DNA of 64,000 bases from Anaerolineales bacterium UBA6092 (lineage in GTDB: Bacteria > Chloroflexota > Anaerolineae > Anaerolineales > UBA4823), in NCBI GenBank assembly GCA_002428565.1, contig DIXA01000036.1:5321-69320 (forward strand), read 5' to 3'. How positions within the stretch are numbered: the first letter of the stretch is position 1; every line of letters starts with the position of its first letter. Of the stretch, positions 1 to 8,464 are shown piece after piece. The notes under the pieces were generated by a model. The model saw only the letters and a list, made by a program, of their open reading frames with translations. It ran no database searches and had not been told where the DNA came from. The translations under genes were made by a program, and so were the position numbers.

Positions 1-252
1 ACCGGCGGGCTGGATGATACCGTTCAGCAGTATAATGAAGGCAAAGGCACTGGCACCGGCTTTAAGTTTTGGGAGCCCAGCGCCGCGGCCATCTATTACA
101 CCATCGGCTGGGCAGTGAGCACCTATTATGACCGCAAAGCGCACATGGCCAAGATGATCCAGACCGCCATGGCGCAAGATTTTTCGTGGAAGCGCAGCGC
201 CCGCCAGTACCTGGACCTGTACGCTCAGGCGCAAGCGGTCAAGGGCCGTTGA
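1..252 (+). CDS. glgA: glycogen/starch synthase, C-terminal end (5' part lies outside the window)
   Basis: Frame 1 is open from the window edge to TGA at 250-252. It reads TGGLDDTV..GTGFKFWE..DFSWKRSARQYLDLYAQ, the conserved C-terminal block of GlgA-type glycosyltransferases. It is absent from the ORF track because it has no start codon. Confidence 0.7.
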   Translation, partial: TGGLDDTVQQYNEGKGTGTGFKFWEPSAAAIYYTIGWAVSTYYDRKAHMAKMIQTAMAQDFSWKRSARQYLDLYAQAQAVKGR

Positions 253-303
253 ATCCCGCTTTCCAGCCGCGCTCGGCGGGCGGGGCCAGATTGTGATTAG
301 GAG

Positions 304-1458
304 GTGGCTATGTCTACGCAAACCCCATCTAGTAAAAAATCGGGTTCAGGCTGCCTGAAGATTGTGGCAGTGCTGGTGGCGGTGCTGCTGGTTCTGGCGC
401 TGCCGTTGTGTTTATTCTTCTTCGACCTGGGCCAGGCGGTGTTCAACGTGCCGCTGGTCAAGGGCATTGTCACCGACGAGGTGGTGAACTCTGACCTGAT
501 CCCCGCCGCGCTGGAGTGGCTCTCAGACCGCCGCGCCCAGGAGCGTGTGGAGAGCGGCGAGGCGCTAACGGGCATCACCGAGCCGGACGTGGTCTTGCTG
601 ATGTCTTTCCTGGATGCCAGCGACTGGCGGCAGATCAAGCAAGAGGTGCTGACCGACGCGATCCTGACCGATTGGACCTCGGTGACGGTGGACGGCGTGT
701 ATGCCTGGATAGACACGCAAGAGCGCAACCCGCAGGTCGCCTGGAGCATGCAGGCTTTCAAGGAGCGGGTCAACTCAGAGCACGGCACCAACTCGATTGT
801 TATTGCCTTCAAAAAGCTGGAGCCTTGCGAGCAGAGCCAGATCGCCGATTTCCAGGCCCGGCTGGCAGCTGCCCCGCAGGGCACGGAGGTGCTGTATAAC
901 CTGTGCAACTTCCCCGACCCCTGGCACGAAGACCAGTTCCAGGATTACCTGGACGCGCTGACAGATGTGGTCAAGAACGTGCCCGATTCGTTCAACCTGA
1001 CCGAGGAACTCTTGCAGGTGGAAGATGCGGCGGGCGGGGTAGGACCCGAGGCGCTGAAGGGCTTGCTGCGCAATATCCGCACGCTGGCGGGGCTGGCCTG
1101 GCTGGTGCCGTTGGTGCTGGCGCTGCTGCTGCTGGTGCTGGCGGTGCGCTCGCTGGATACCCTGGGGCGCTGGCTGGGCTCGCCGCTGCTGGTGGGCGGG
1201 GCGCTGACCCTGCTGCCGGCGCTGGTCTACCGCGCCCTGATCACCAATCTGCTCATCTCTGGCCCGCTCAGCGAGGCGCCCGAATTGATCCGCACGGAGG
1301 CCACACGGGCCATCCTGCGCCTGGCAGCCGAAGTGTTCCGTCCGCTGATGTTCCAGGCCCTGGTGATCCTGGTGGTGGGGCTGGTGCTGGTGGTGCTGAC
1401 ACTGGTTCTGGGCCGCAAACAGAAACGATCTACAGCCGAGGTTTTCAATGAAGGGTGA
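304..1458 (+). CDS. hypothetical membrane protein
   Basis: 384-aa ORF with an N-terminal TM segment (LKIVAVLVAVLLVLALPLCLFFF) and C-terminal TM segments. GGAGG lies just upstream of the ATG. No recognisable catalytic motif. Confidence 0.6.
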   Translation: MAMSTQTPSSKKSGSGCLKIVAVLVAVLLVLALPLCLFFFDLGQAVFNVPLVKGIVTDEVVNSDLIPAALEWLSDRRAQERVESGEALTGITEPDVVLLMSFLDASDWRQIKQEVLTDAILTDWTSVTVDGVYAWIDTQERNPQVAWSMQAFKERVNSEHGTNSIVIAFKKLEPCEQSQIADFQARLAAAPQGTEVLYNLCNFPDPWHEDQFQDYLDALTDVVKNVPDSFNLTEELLQVEDAAGGVGPEALKGLLRNIRTLAGLAWLVPLVLALLLLVLAVRSLDTLGRWLGSPLLVGGALTLLPALVYRALITNLLISGPLSEAPELIRTEATRAILRLAAEVFRPLMFQALVILVVGLVLVVLTLVLGRKQKRSTAEVFNEG

Positions 1459-1705
1459 TATTTACCGCCGATACCTGATCCAATTCGTTAAAGATGCCAT
1501 CCGGGAGAGCGATGGCAGCAATGCCGGGATTGCTGCCGCCCTGCAAGAGCGCTACATCCCCGAAAGAGGCCCCAAGAGCTGGTTCCTGAAGAATGCCGAG
1601 GAGCAGATCCGCGCCCTGAAAGATGCCCGCATGGCCTTCGACGAACACCGCCATTGGCCGCGCTCGCTGGTGCTTTCGCACCTGGGGCTGGACCCAGATA
1701 TTTAA
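1448..1705 (+). CDS. hypothetical small protein (85 aa)
   Basis: The ORF overlaps the upstream gene by 11 nt and ends directly at a strong terminator. No recognisable motif. Confidence 0.35.
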   Translation: MKGDIYRRYLIQFVKDAIRESDGSNAGIAAALQERYIPERGPKSWFLKNAEEQIRALKDARMAFDEHRHWPRSLVLSHLGLDPDI

Positions 1706-1761
1706 CCAAAAAAAGGGTCAGCGGCGACGCTTTGCGCCGCCGCTGACCCTTTTTTTTGGTT
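1704..1761. terminator. bidirectional intrinsic terminator
   Basis: AACCAAAAAAAGGGTCAGCGGCG...CGCCGCTGACCCTTTTTTTTGGTT forms a GC-rich stem flanked by an A-run and a T-run. It sits between convergent genes. Confidence 0.7.
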
Positions 1762-2041
1762 AAATCTGTTCGAAATGCGGCATGTTGACCACGAGGATCG
1801 TGGCGCGGTGCTCGCCGCCTTCGGCAGGGCGGCAAACCTGGCGCAGGGTCTCGATCACGCTGTCCACCTGCTCGGCTTCCATGCCGATCATCAGGGTCAC
1901 GTTGCCGTGACGCAAGAAGCCGCCCGTGCTGGCCACGCGGGTCACACGATAGCCCTGCTTGACCAGCGCCTGGAGAACATCCACATCATCTGTGTCACGC
2001 ACGATGACGATCATCAGTTTCATGGTAGTAGTTTCTTTCAT
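1760..2041 (-). CDS. PII-like cyclic-di-AMP receptor family protein (DUF970, YaaQ/DarA-like), short form
   Basis: MKLMIVIVRDTD..YRVTRVASTGGFLRHGNVTLMIG...FEQI parallels the B. subtilis DarA pattern as recalled ([32 protein letters not shown]...FHQF). The start may be the internal ATG at 2023. Confidence 0.75.
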   Translation of the reverse strand: MKETTTMKLMIVIVRDTDDVDVLQALVKQGYRVTRVASTGGFLRHGNVTLMIGMEAEQVDSVIETLRQVCRPAEGGEHRATILVVNMPHFEQI

Positions 2042-2373
2042 ATCTGCTCAAACCTTTCCACTTCAACGATGTAGACCGTTGCGCCGCCCATCTCAGCCTC
2101 AACCATTGGCAGGGGAGCCATGTTTGTCTGGATATTCAGGTGGGTGGGAAGGAATTGGCGATAGGGCTTGCAGTTCTGGCGCGCCAGTTCCAGCAGCTCA
2201 AGCAGGCGCGGGCTGCTGGTCCCCGCCATCAGGCACACGCTTTGCTCTTGCAGGATCCCGCCCAGGCTGTCAATGTGGGTGAAGTAGAATCCTGCCTGGC
2301 GCATACCCTGCTCCAGGTCGCCGGCCTGTGCGCCGCTGGTGATGATGAAGGCCAGGTGATCGATGTCTGCCAT
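2038..2373 (-). CDS. second DUF970/PII-like paralogue (divergent)
   Basis: HLAFIITSG..FYFTHIDSLGGILQEQSVCLMAG...EMGGATVYIVEVERFEQI has the same fold signature and the same C-terminal FEQI as its neighbour. It overlaps the downstream paralogue by 4 nt. Confidence 0.65.
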   Translation of the reverse strand: MADIDHLAFIITSGAQAGDLEQGMRQAGFYFTHIDSLGGILQEQSVCLMAGTSSPRLLELLELARQNCKPYRQFLPTHLNIQTNMAPLPMVEAEMGGATVYIVEVERFEQI

Positions 2374-2402
2374 AATCTCATTATACCTATTTTTTGGGAT
2401 AA

Positions 2403-3326
2403 ATGGGAAATGTGGAAAATATTCTGTTATACTCTGAGACTATGTTCAAGTTGTGGCTGGAAAAAGTGTACGAGCTGCTCAACTGCTGGAGCGGCGGTAT
2501 CCCTGAGATCATCAAGGAAACGCTGGAGGGCTTTACCCTGGCGCGGGCGGCCCAGTCCGCCGCCGGTTTGGCCTATTACGCCCTATTTTCCATGTTCCCG
2601 ATGCTGCTGCTCTTTGTGGGCGTGGGCAGTTACTTTCTCGAAGGGGAGGATGTTTCGCAGCGGGTGGTGGAATTTGTGACCCAGGCGCTGCCCATCTCCC
2701 CAGTGTTGCTGGAGGAGAATATCGACCAGGTGCTGCAGCGGCGCGGCACTTTTAGCGTGATCGGCATCATCGGCTTGCTGTGGTCAGCCACGGCGGCTTT
2801 TTCGTGGCTGGGATATCACATCAACCTGGCCTGGCCGGAGGCCAACCGGCGCAATTTTGTGCGCCAACGCCTGGTGGGACTGAGCATGGTGGGGGTGCTG
2901 GCGATTTTGTTCTTCTTTTCGCTGGTGATCTCCACGCTCGCCAAGCTCATCCCGGTTATCCAGGCGCAGTTATTCAACGGCATGGCCATTCCAGAGCCTT
3001 CCTGGGCGCGCTCTTCGCTGGTGTGGGTGCTGATCTTCCTGATGTTTGTGGCGATGTACCGCTGGATCCCGGCAACACAGGTGAGCTGGAAGGCGTCTTC
3101 CTGGGCGGCGCTGGTTGCCACCATCATGTGGCAGTTGGCCTCCTATGTCTTTACCTGGTACGTGCGCGTGGGGCTGGGGCGCTACGAGCTGATCTACGGC
3201 TCGCTGGGGGCGGTGGTGGCGCTGCTGGTGTTGGTGTACCTCATCGCCTGGATCATCCTGTTCGGCGCGCACCTGTGCGCGGCCATCACTCACCACCAGC
3301 GCCGGCGCGGTGCGATGGCGGCTTGA
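2403..3326 (+). CDS. YihY/BrkB family inner-membrane protein
   Basis: 307 aa with about 6 TM segments. The N-terminal block (AAQSAAGLAYYALFSMFPMLLL) and C-terminal block (YGSLGAVVALLVLVYLIAWIILFGA) are typical of the YihY family. The start may be the ATG at 2444. Confidence 0.8.
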   Translation: MGNVENILLYSETMFKLWLEKVYELLNCWSGGIPEIIKETLEGFTLARAAQSAAGLAYYALFSMFPMLLLFVGVGSYFLEGEDVSQRVVEFVTQALPISPVLLEENIDQVLQRRGTFSVIGIIGLLWSATAAFSWLGYHINLAWPEANRRNFVRQRLVGLSMVGVLAILFFFSLVISTLAKLIPVIQAQLFNGMAIPEPSWARSSLVWVLIFLMFVAMYRWIPATQVSWKASSWAALVATIMWQLASYVFTWYVRVGLGRYELIYGSLGAVVALLVLVYLIAWIILFGAHLCAAITHHQRRRGAMAA

Positions 3327-3363
3327 GGGCTTGCCGCTGAGGTCAACTCCTCGCAGGTATCCG

Positions 3364-3410
3364 AAAAAGAGTGTGCGCAGCAGGCTTTGCCTGCTGCGCA
3401 CACTCTTTTT
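3364..3410. terminator. bidirectional intrinsic terminator
   Basis: AAAAAGAGTGTGCGCAGCAGG-CTTTG-CCTGCTGCGCACACTCTTTTT forms a stem of about 20 bp between convergent genes. A second G/C hairpin follows at about 3417-3448. Confidence 0.75.
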
Positions 3411-3446
3411 CGAAAAACCCCCTGCCCCGATTTTGGGGGAGGGGGT

Positions 3447-4376
3447 TTATATACCCGCACTATGTGCGATATGGATGTAGCGGCTCAGCTCAGGGCGTTT
3501 GCGCACCTTTAACACCTGGATGCTCCCGTAACCGGCCTCTTCCAGCCAGGCGGAGATGTCCTGTTCAGCCAGGTACACCGCTCGGGGGGCCAGGCTGGTC
3601 AGGCGGCGGAAGATCGGCAGCAGGCCGGGCAGGTCCTGCTCCAAAGAGCGCCCATACGGCAGGTCGGTGACGATCACATCGGCGCTGCGGCTGGTCTCCC
3701 GCGCGTCCAGGCGCTCCACGTGGGGCGGCAGGCCGAAGTGGGCCAGGTTGCGGCACGACATGTGCACCATCTTGGGGTTGTGGTCGGCGCCCCAGGCTGG
3801 CACACCGATGGCGGCTGCCTCCAGCAGGATGGAGCCGGTGCCGCAGAAGGGATCCAGCAGGCTGCTGGCGGGCGGGCAAACCAGGTTGACCAGCCCGCGT
3901 GACAGGCGCGAGGAGAGCGAGCTGGAGGTGCGGTAAGGCTTGGCATCGTGGAGGCGGAAAGAAGCCCTTGTTTCGCTGAGGATCTCACCCAGCCACAGCC
4001 CGCTGGCCTGGGCGACGATGAGGAAACGGTGGCTGGGCGCATCCAGGTTGGGATAGGCGTTCAGGGCGTCTGCCACGGTGCGGATGGCGCGTGTTTTGCT
4101 CTCTGGCGGCGTGCCGGAGAGGTACACGAAACCGAGCTGGAAATCCTCGGCGGGGATGGGCTGGGCAGCCACAGCCTGGGCCAGCGCCTCCAGCGTGGGG
4201 GCCTGGGCCAGGCAGCGCAGCCCTGCCGTCACGTAAGCGGCGCGGGGGATCAGATCGACGCTCTGGCAGATTGCCACGCCGTCGCCGTCCGGCCAGCCGC
4301 CGGTGAGGTTGGCGCACTCGGCCGCGACCAGCTCGTTGCCCGGTATGCGGGCGCATAATGCTCGCAGGTCACTCAT
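3447..4376 (-). CDS. SAM-dependent methyltransferase (UPF0020/Trm11-RlmL-like, N6-A/N2-G class)
   Basis: Motif I is LLDPFCGTGSILLEAA and motif IV is VTDLPYG. The start was moved to ATG 4376 (MSDLRAL...) because the longer ORF would read through a perfect 21-bp hairpin. Confidence 0.7.
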   Translation of the reverse strand: MSDLRALCARIPGNELVAAECANLTGGWPDGDGVAICQSVDLIPRAAYVTAGLRCLAQAPTLEALAQAVAAQPIPAEDFQLGFVYLSGTPPESKTRAIRTVADALNAYPNLDAPSHRFLIVAQASGLWLGEILSETRASFRLHDAKPYRTSSSLSSRLSRGLVNLVCPPASSLLDPFCGTGSILLEAAAIGVPAWGADHNPKMVHMSCRNLAHFGLPPHVERLDARETSRSADVIVTDLPYGRSLEQDLPGLLPIFRRLTSLAPRAVYLAEQDISAWLEEAGYGSIQVLKVRKRPELSRYIHIAHSAGI

Positions 4377-4401
4377 ACCGTGTATTATAGCCGTTCTATC
4401 C

Positions 4402-4447
4402 TTAAATCGTGATGGGTGGCGCATCAGCGCCACCCATCACGATTTAA
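4402..4447. other. perfect 21-bp-stem hairpin (4-nt loop)
   Basis: TTAAATCGTGATGGGTGGCGC-ATCA-GCGCCACCCATCACGATTTAA. No U-tract follows on either strand. It abuts the structured intergenic element. Confidence 0.6.
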
Positions 4448-4452
4448 ATGAT

Positions 4453-5070
4453 AAAAGCACTCTTCGGCTGGTGTGGCAATCATGGCCCTGATCGGGATCT
4501 GATCCGGTCCGCATTCGTTCAGAAGTTTACCGTTCCTTTGACTTTCCTTCCCAGTGATATTTTGCTGGTGAGGATCGTCTACCCCAGGTTGCCCCTGTGG
4601 TTTCGGTTTTCGCCGAGACAGGGTTTCCCGACCTGGCAGACCGTTCTGCCTTTGGGTTGGAGTGCGGTTGAACTGGCTGGCATGCACTGCCAGGGGAAAG
4701 CCAGTTCTCCTTCTGTCCGTTTTTAGGCTTTAGACCCATCACTTTGCGTCGCCGGTTTTCGCCGGTTTTGCCTTTTCGGATGGTGTGGCTGCCCTGGCTT
4801 TTCCGTTGGATGTTTCTGGCCATCGTCGTTCGCGTGCAAACGTCTGGGTGGCACACATCGTTCGGATTATGCGGTTTCTGGCATGCTTGTGCCAGAATAA
4901 GTACCGCTCGCTTTAGGCCCAATCACTCTGTGCCCCTGGCTTTCGCCAGGTTTGCTATTGTCGGAGGCCTGGCAGTCATGGCCTGGGCAGGGGTGTTTAC
5001 CTGCTTGCGCTTTAGACCCATAGCTTTGCGTCGCCGGTTTTCACCGGTTTTGCGTTTTCGGAGTGCTTTT
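4453..5070. ncRNA. candidate large structured RNA or MITE-like element (strand unresolved)
   Basis: The divergent intergenic region (about 850 nt) has no credible ORF. A 10-bp helix joins its ends (4453 AAAAGCACTC / 5061 GAGTGCTTTT). Three homologous modules lie at 4727-4780, 4910-4965 and 5009-5062. There are at least 8 local hairpins, including CCTGGC-TTTC-GCCAGG, three CTGGCA..TGCCAG stems and a nested AACTGGC...GCCAGTT stem. Confidence 0.35.
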
Positions 5071-5177
5071 TTTACGGAACTATTGAATTTGTAAGGTGCG
5101 GTTGTGGTAATTACAACGTAGCATAATAACGACCGCGAGTCAAGTGAGATTTTTTCAGTTATGCGCAATCCAGAATA

Positions 5178-5213
5178 AGCCGAAAAGCAGTGTGAGCGCA
5201 CTGCTTTTCGGCT
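5178..5213. other. perfect 15-bp-stem hairpin upstream of the kinase gene
   Basis: AGCCGAAAAGCAGTG-TGAGCG-CACTGCTTTTCGGCT ends 12 nt before the ATG at 5226. It could be a regulatory or boundary structure. Confidence 0.5.
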
Positions 5214-5225
5214 ATACTAGGGGGC

Positions 5226-6221
5226 ATGAAACCTTATGCGACATTGACCGAGCGCGGCCGGGCCCGCCGCCTGCGGGCGCTGGCCTCTCAAGCCCTGCAG
5301 CAGTACGATCTGCAAGTGGCCCGCCTGCGGCTGGTGACGAACAGCTTTAACGGCATTTTTCGGGTGGATACCACCGGCGGGGAGAAGTGGATCTTACGCG
5401 TGACACTGCCCGAGGGCGGGCACACGCCAGCGCACGTAGCCGCCGAGATGGATTGGCTGGCGGCCCTGGCGCATGATACCAGCCTGAGCGTGCCGTGCCC
5501 TCTGCCCGCCCGGGATGGCTCGTTGGTGGTGGAAGCCTGCACCGAGGGTGTGCCCGAGCCGCGCCTGTGCGAGGTGTTCAGCTGGGTGCCAGGCACCGAT
5601 CTGGCCGACCACCTCACTCCGGCCAGCATGGCAGCCCTGGGCGAACTGAGCGCCCGCCTGCACGAGCACGCCCGCAGCTACCATCCCCCGGCTGGCCTGG
5701 ATCTGTTGAGGTTTGACCGCGTCTTCCCCTTCCCCGAGCCGGTGATCCTGTTCGATGCCGGGGTGGAAGCCATTTTCAGCCCCGCCCAACACGCCCTGAT
5801 CCGGCAGGCGCGCGATTTTGCCCAGGCAGCCATCCACCGCCTGCAAGCCAGCGGCGAGCCCATGCGCCTCATCCACGGCGATCTGCACCAGTGGAACGTG
5901 CGCTATGCCCGCGGCCTGCTCTCGCCGATTGACTTTGAAGACCTGATGTGGGGCTGGCCGGTGCAGGATATTGCCACCACGCTGTATTACTTTGAAGATC
6001 GCCTGGATTACGCCGCCCTGCGGCAGGCCTTTGAGCAGGGCTACCGGCGGGCCTGCCCCTGGCCTGAGCGCGGCCCCGGCGAGATCAACGCCTTCATCGC
6101 GGCGCGTGCCCTGGGCATGGCCAATTTCATCCTGCAAAACAACGCCCTGCTCGATATTGACCTGGCGGCCTTCGCTGGCAGGCTGGAAAGCCTGCTGAAG
6201 CGATCGATGGCGGGGTTTTAA
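5226..6221 (+). CDS. phosphotransferase family protein (APH / homoserine-kinase type II fold)
   Basis: Catalytic loop LIHGDLHQWNV (HGDxHxxN), followed by IDFEDL. AGGGGG RBS lies upstream. Confidence 0.8.
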   Translation: MKPYATLTERGRARRLRALASQALQQYDLQVARLRLVTNSFNGIFRVDTTGGEKWILRVTLPEGGHTPAHVAAEMDWLAALAHDTSLSVPCPLPARDGSLVVEACTEGVPEPRLCEVFSWVPGTDLADHLTPASMAALGELSARLHEHARSYHPPAGLDLLRFDRVFPFPEPVILFDAGVEAIFSPAQHALIRQARDFAQAAIHRLQASGEPMRLIHGDLHQWNVRYARGLLSPIDFEDLMWGWPVQDIATTLYYFEDRLDYAALRQAFEQGYRRACPWPERGPGEINAFIAARALGMANFILQNNALLDIDLAAFAGRLESLLKRSMAGF

Positions 6222-6374
6222 CCAGAACGGGGTTCGGGATGAACCTCCTTCCCGCTTCTCAGGTATATCAGACAGGCACTTACGTTGCCGTCTGTTGCAC
6301 GAAGTAACATTGCAAAACATAGGGTTAGCTTGCCAGGTAGCCCGTTAAAAACAGGGAGTATTCTCACAGGGAGC

Positions 6375-7343
6375 ATGTGCAAAATGAAGACTTTCGCAAC
6401 TTATACGGAAATGCGCCAAAGAATTGGTGAATTATTCCAGCAGAGCCAGCATGCCGAAGCCGCCGAGATACTGACATGGGGCCTGGGGCAGTTCCCAGAT
6501 AAGCTACTGGCCAATGTCTACAACCTGGCAGCTTGCCAGGTATTGCTGGGGCAGGCAGAGGAGGCCGTGAAGACGCTGCATTATGGCTTAGATCATGGCG
6601 TCTGGTTCAGCCAGTGGGATCTCGAAGGCGATCTTTGGCAGCCTTTGAAGGATTTAGAAGCTTTCCAGCGCGTTCGCGAGCGCTCTGTGGAATGTAAGGA
6701 AGCAGCTCAGAAGCAATCCAGGCCCGAATTGACCATCGTGCCTCCCCAGGAATACGACCCAGCCAGGAAATATCCGCTTTTCATCGCTTTGCATGGCGGC
6801 GACGAAACCGTTGCAGACCTCCGACCGCACTGGGTTTCACCCAGGTTGAAAAACGAGTTCATCGTTGCTTATCCCCAGTCAGGCCGGGTGGTTTCGATGA
6901 AGGGGTTCAGCTGGATGGGTGATGAACAGGATCGGCAGGAAATCTTGTCTGCGTACCAGGCAGTGTTGAAAGCGTATCGCGTGGATAAGGAGCGGATCAT
7001 TGTCGGAGGGTTTTCGGCCGGGGGACACATGACCCTGACTCTGCTACTGGATGAGCAGGAAATTCTGCCGATCCGAGGGTTTGTTGTGCTCTGCCCATCC
7101 GCGCCCGAGAGCTATCCGCCCCAGGCCATTGCCCGTATCCGCGCCCGTGGGCAGAGGGGGTTATTACTCACCACAGAAATGGACCCGCGTTTGGATGACC
7201 AACGCAAGGTGGCAGAGGCATTCCAAGCCGGGGGTGTGGCGTGTCAATTCATCATCACGCCCAATGTTGGGCACTGGTATCCACCAGATTTGGCGGAGAG
7301 AATTGATGCCGCCATCCAGACAATCTTTGAGCCACAGGCCTAA
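6375..7343 (+). CDS. alpha/beta hydrolase (carboxylesterase/dienelactone-hydrolase type) with helical N-terminal domain
   Basis: Nucleophile elbow GGFSAGGHM and C-terminal His (VGHWYP). The start was set at ATG 6375, preceded by AGGGAG. Confidence 0.75.
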   Translation: MCKMKTFATYTEMRQRIGELFQQSQHAEAAEILTWGLGQFPDKLLANVYNLAACQVLLGQAEEAVKTLHYGLDHGVWFSQWDLEGDLWQPLKDLEAFQRVRERSVECKEAAQKQSRPELTIVPPQEYDPARKYPLFIALHGGDETVADLRPHWVSPRLKNEFIVAYPQSGRVVSMKGFSWMGDEQDRQEILSAYQAVLKAYRVDKERIIVGGFSAGGHMTLTLLLDEQEILPIRGFVVLCPSAPESYPPQAIARIRARGQRGLLLTTEMDPRLDDQRKVAEAFQAGGVACQFIITPNVGHWYPPDLAERIDAAIQTIFEPQA

Positions 7344-7509
7344 GATCTCATAATGGGCCTGGCCGCCTCGATCCGAAGGTATCTGGCGCACCGGCCCAGG
7401 CGATCGAAGCGGGCCCCCCTACATCCATTCATGGTAGACTACGGATGGCTACATTCAAGGAGCAATACTGAGGGGCATAGAGATACTACATAATGAATGG
7501 AGAGTAGCT

Positions 7510-8166
7510 ATGAGAGGCGACCTTCAATTTCCACCGTTAACAAATAACGAATTCAAATCCCAGGCAATGCCAAGCTTTTTAGAAGTATTCAACCTCCCTT
7601 GTCCATTTGTAGCGCCATTTACTCCCCGAATGGCTTCAAGAATAGTAATTTACTGCGAAGTATACCCACATGCAGAGCTGCTTGACCCGATCATTGAAGT
7701 CGCATCAAACATGGGTGACAAGGGTTTCTATTTTGCATTTACTGAGGAATACAATGTAGATGGAATATGGTATCTATGTTATCCTGGTTTGTCAGGAAAA
7801 GAGTTATATCTCAAAACCTGGTTTATTCCATTCGATAAAGTCAAGGATTACCAGGGACAAACATTTTTAACAAATCATGTTTTGTATTCACCCCAGGGAA
7901 AATGGGGCCTTTATATGAGTACTGAACACTTCTTACTGATCGGTGGTATCCCGGAATTTGTAAGTAAGATTAAGCAACGAATTCCAAACCTAGACGAGTT
8001 GACCCATCAATTTCTTGAAGATCAGAAGTGGAGGCACTTATTCTTACATTCCGGAATCGAATGGGTACCTAAATTCCTCGATCATGTGTATGGATCTGAG
8101 ATTACACAGCGCTTATTGGACGAACACGGCCTGAATGATACTTTGCAAGGCAAAATCACCAAATGA
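7510..8166 (+). CDS. hypothetical protein, compositional outlier
   Basis: 218-aa ORF. The local 60-nt spot count is about 35% GC, against about 65% in neighbouring genes. No recognisable motif. Confidence 0.5.
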   Translation: MRGDLQFPPLTNNEFKSQAMPSFLEVFNLPCPFVAPFTPRMASRIVIYCEVYPHAELLDPIIEVASNMGDKGFYFAFTEEYNVDGIWYLCYPGLSGKELYLKTWFIPFDKVKDYQGQTFLTNHVLYSPQGKWGLYMSTEHFLLIGGIPEFVSKIKQRIPNLDELTHQFLEDQKWRHLFLHSGIEWVPKFLDHVYGSEITQRLLDEHGLNDTLQGKITK

Positions 8167-8429
8167 AAGCCGAACCAACGGGGAACCCAGCCCACCCACC
8201 TTCCGTTGACGGGGAGTTTTGATTACACCCAAAATTTGACCGCAAAAATACCCTGGTCAACCCGAAGTGCTACTTCAAAAAAAGTGCGCGGAAAAAGCGC
8301 CACCCACTATTCCAATGCCGCCACGACGACTACCACTTTTAAACTGAACTGACGACTGGGGACAGGTCGGTCTTTCACTCAACCTGTGTCCCCACCTGTC
8401 ACACCGTGTCATAAAACCTGTTTCCGCCA

Positions 8430-8458
8430 TTGACAAGTTGCTCCAACCCCTCTAAACT
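8430..8458 (+). promoter_or_regulatory. putative sigma70-type promoter giving a leaderless or near-leaderless comM mRNA
   Basis: TTGACA (8430-8435), a 17-nt spacer, then TAAACT (8453-8458). The comM ATG is at 8465 and there is no Shine-Dalgarno sequence between them. Confidence 0.4.
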
Positions 8459-8464
8459 TATCTC

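Noticed and set aside
4505-4550. RNase P-like strings on the minus strand (GGAAGGAAAGTCAAAGG and CGGTAAACTTC)
   Set aside because: The order is wrong for RNase P RNA: the ACAGAA-like string lies 5' of GGAAAGTC. No P4 pairing partner is present, and the element is about 250 nt too long. The resemblance is judged coincidental.
4527-5094. ORFs 4527-4922 (minus strand) and 4744-5094 (plus strand) inside the structured intergenic region
   Set aside because: Their composition is highly biased (Arg/Lys-rich or Phe/Arg-rich), they have no RBS, and they are built from the repeated hairpin modules. A structural or non-coding explanation fits better.
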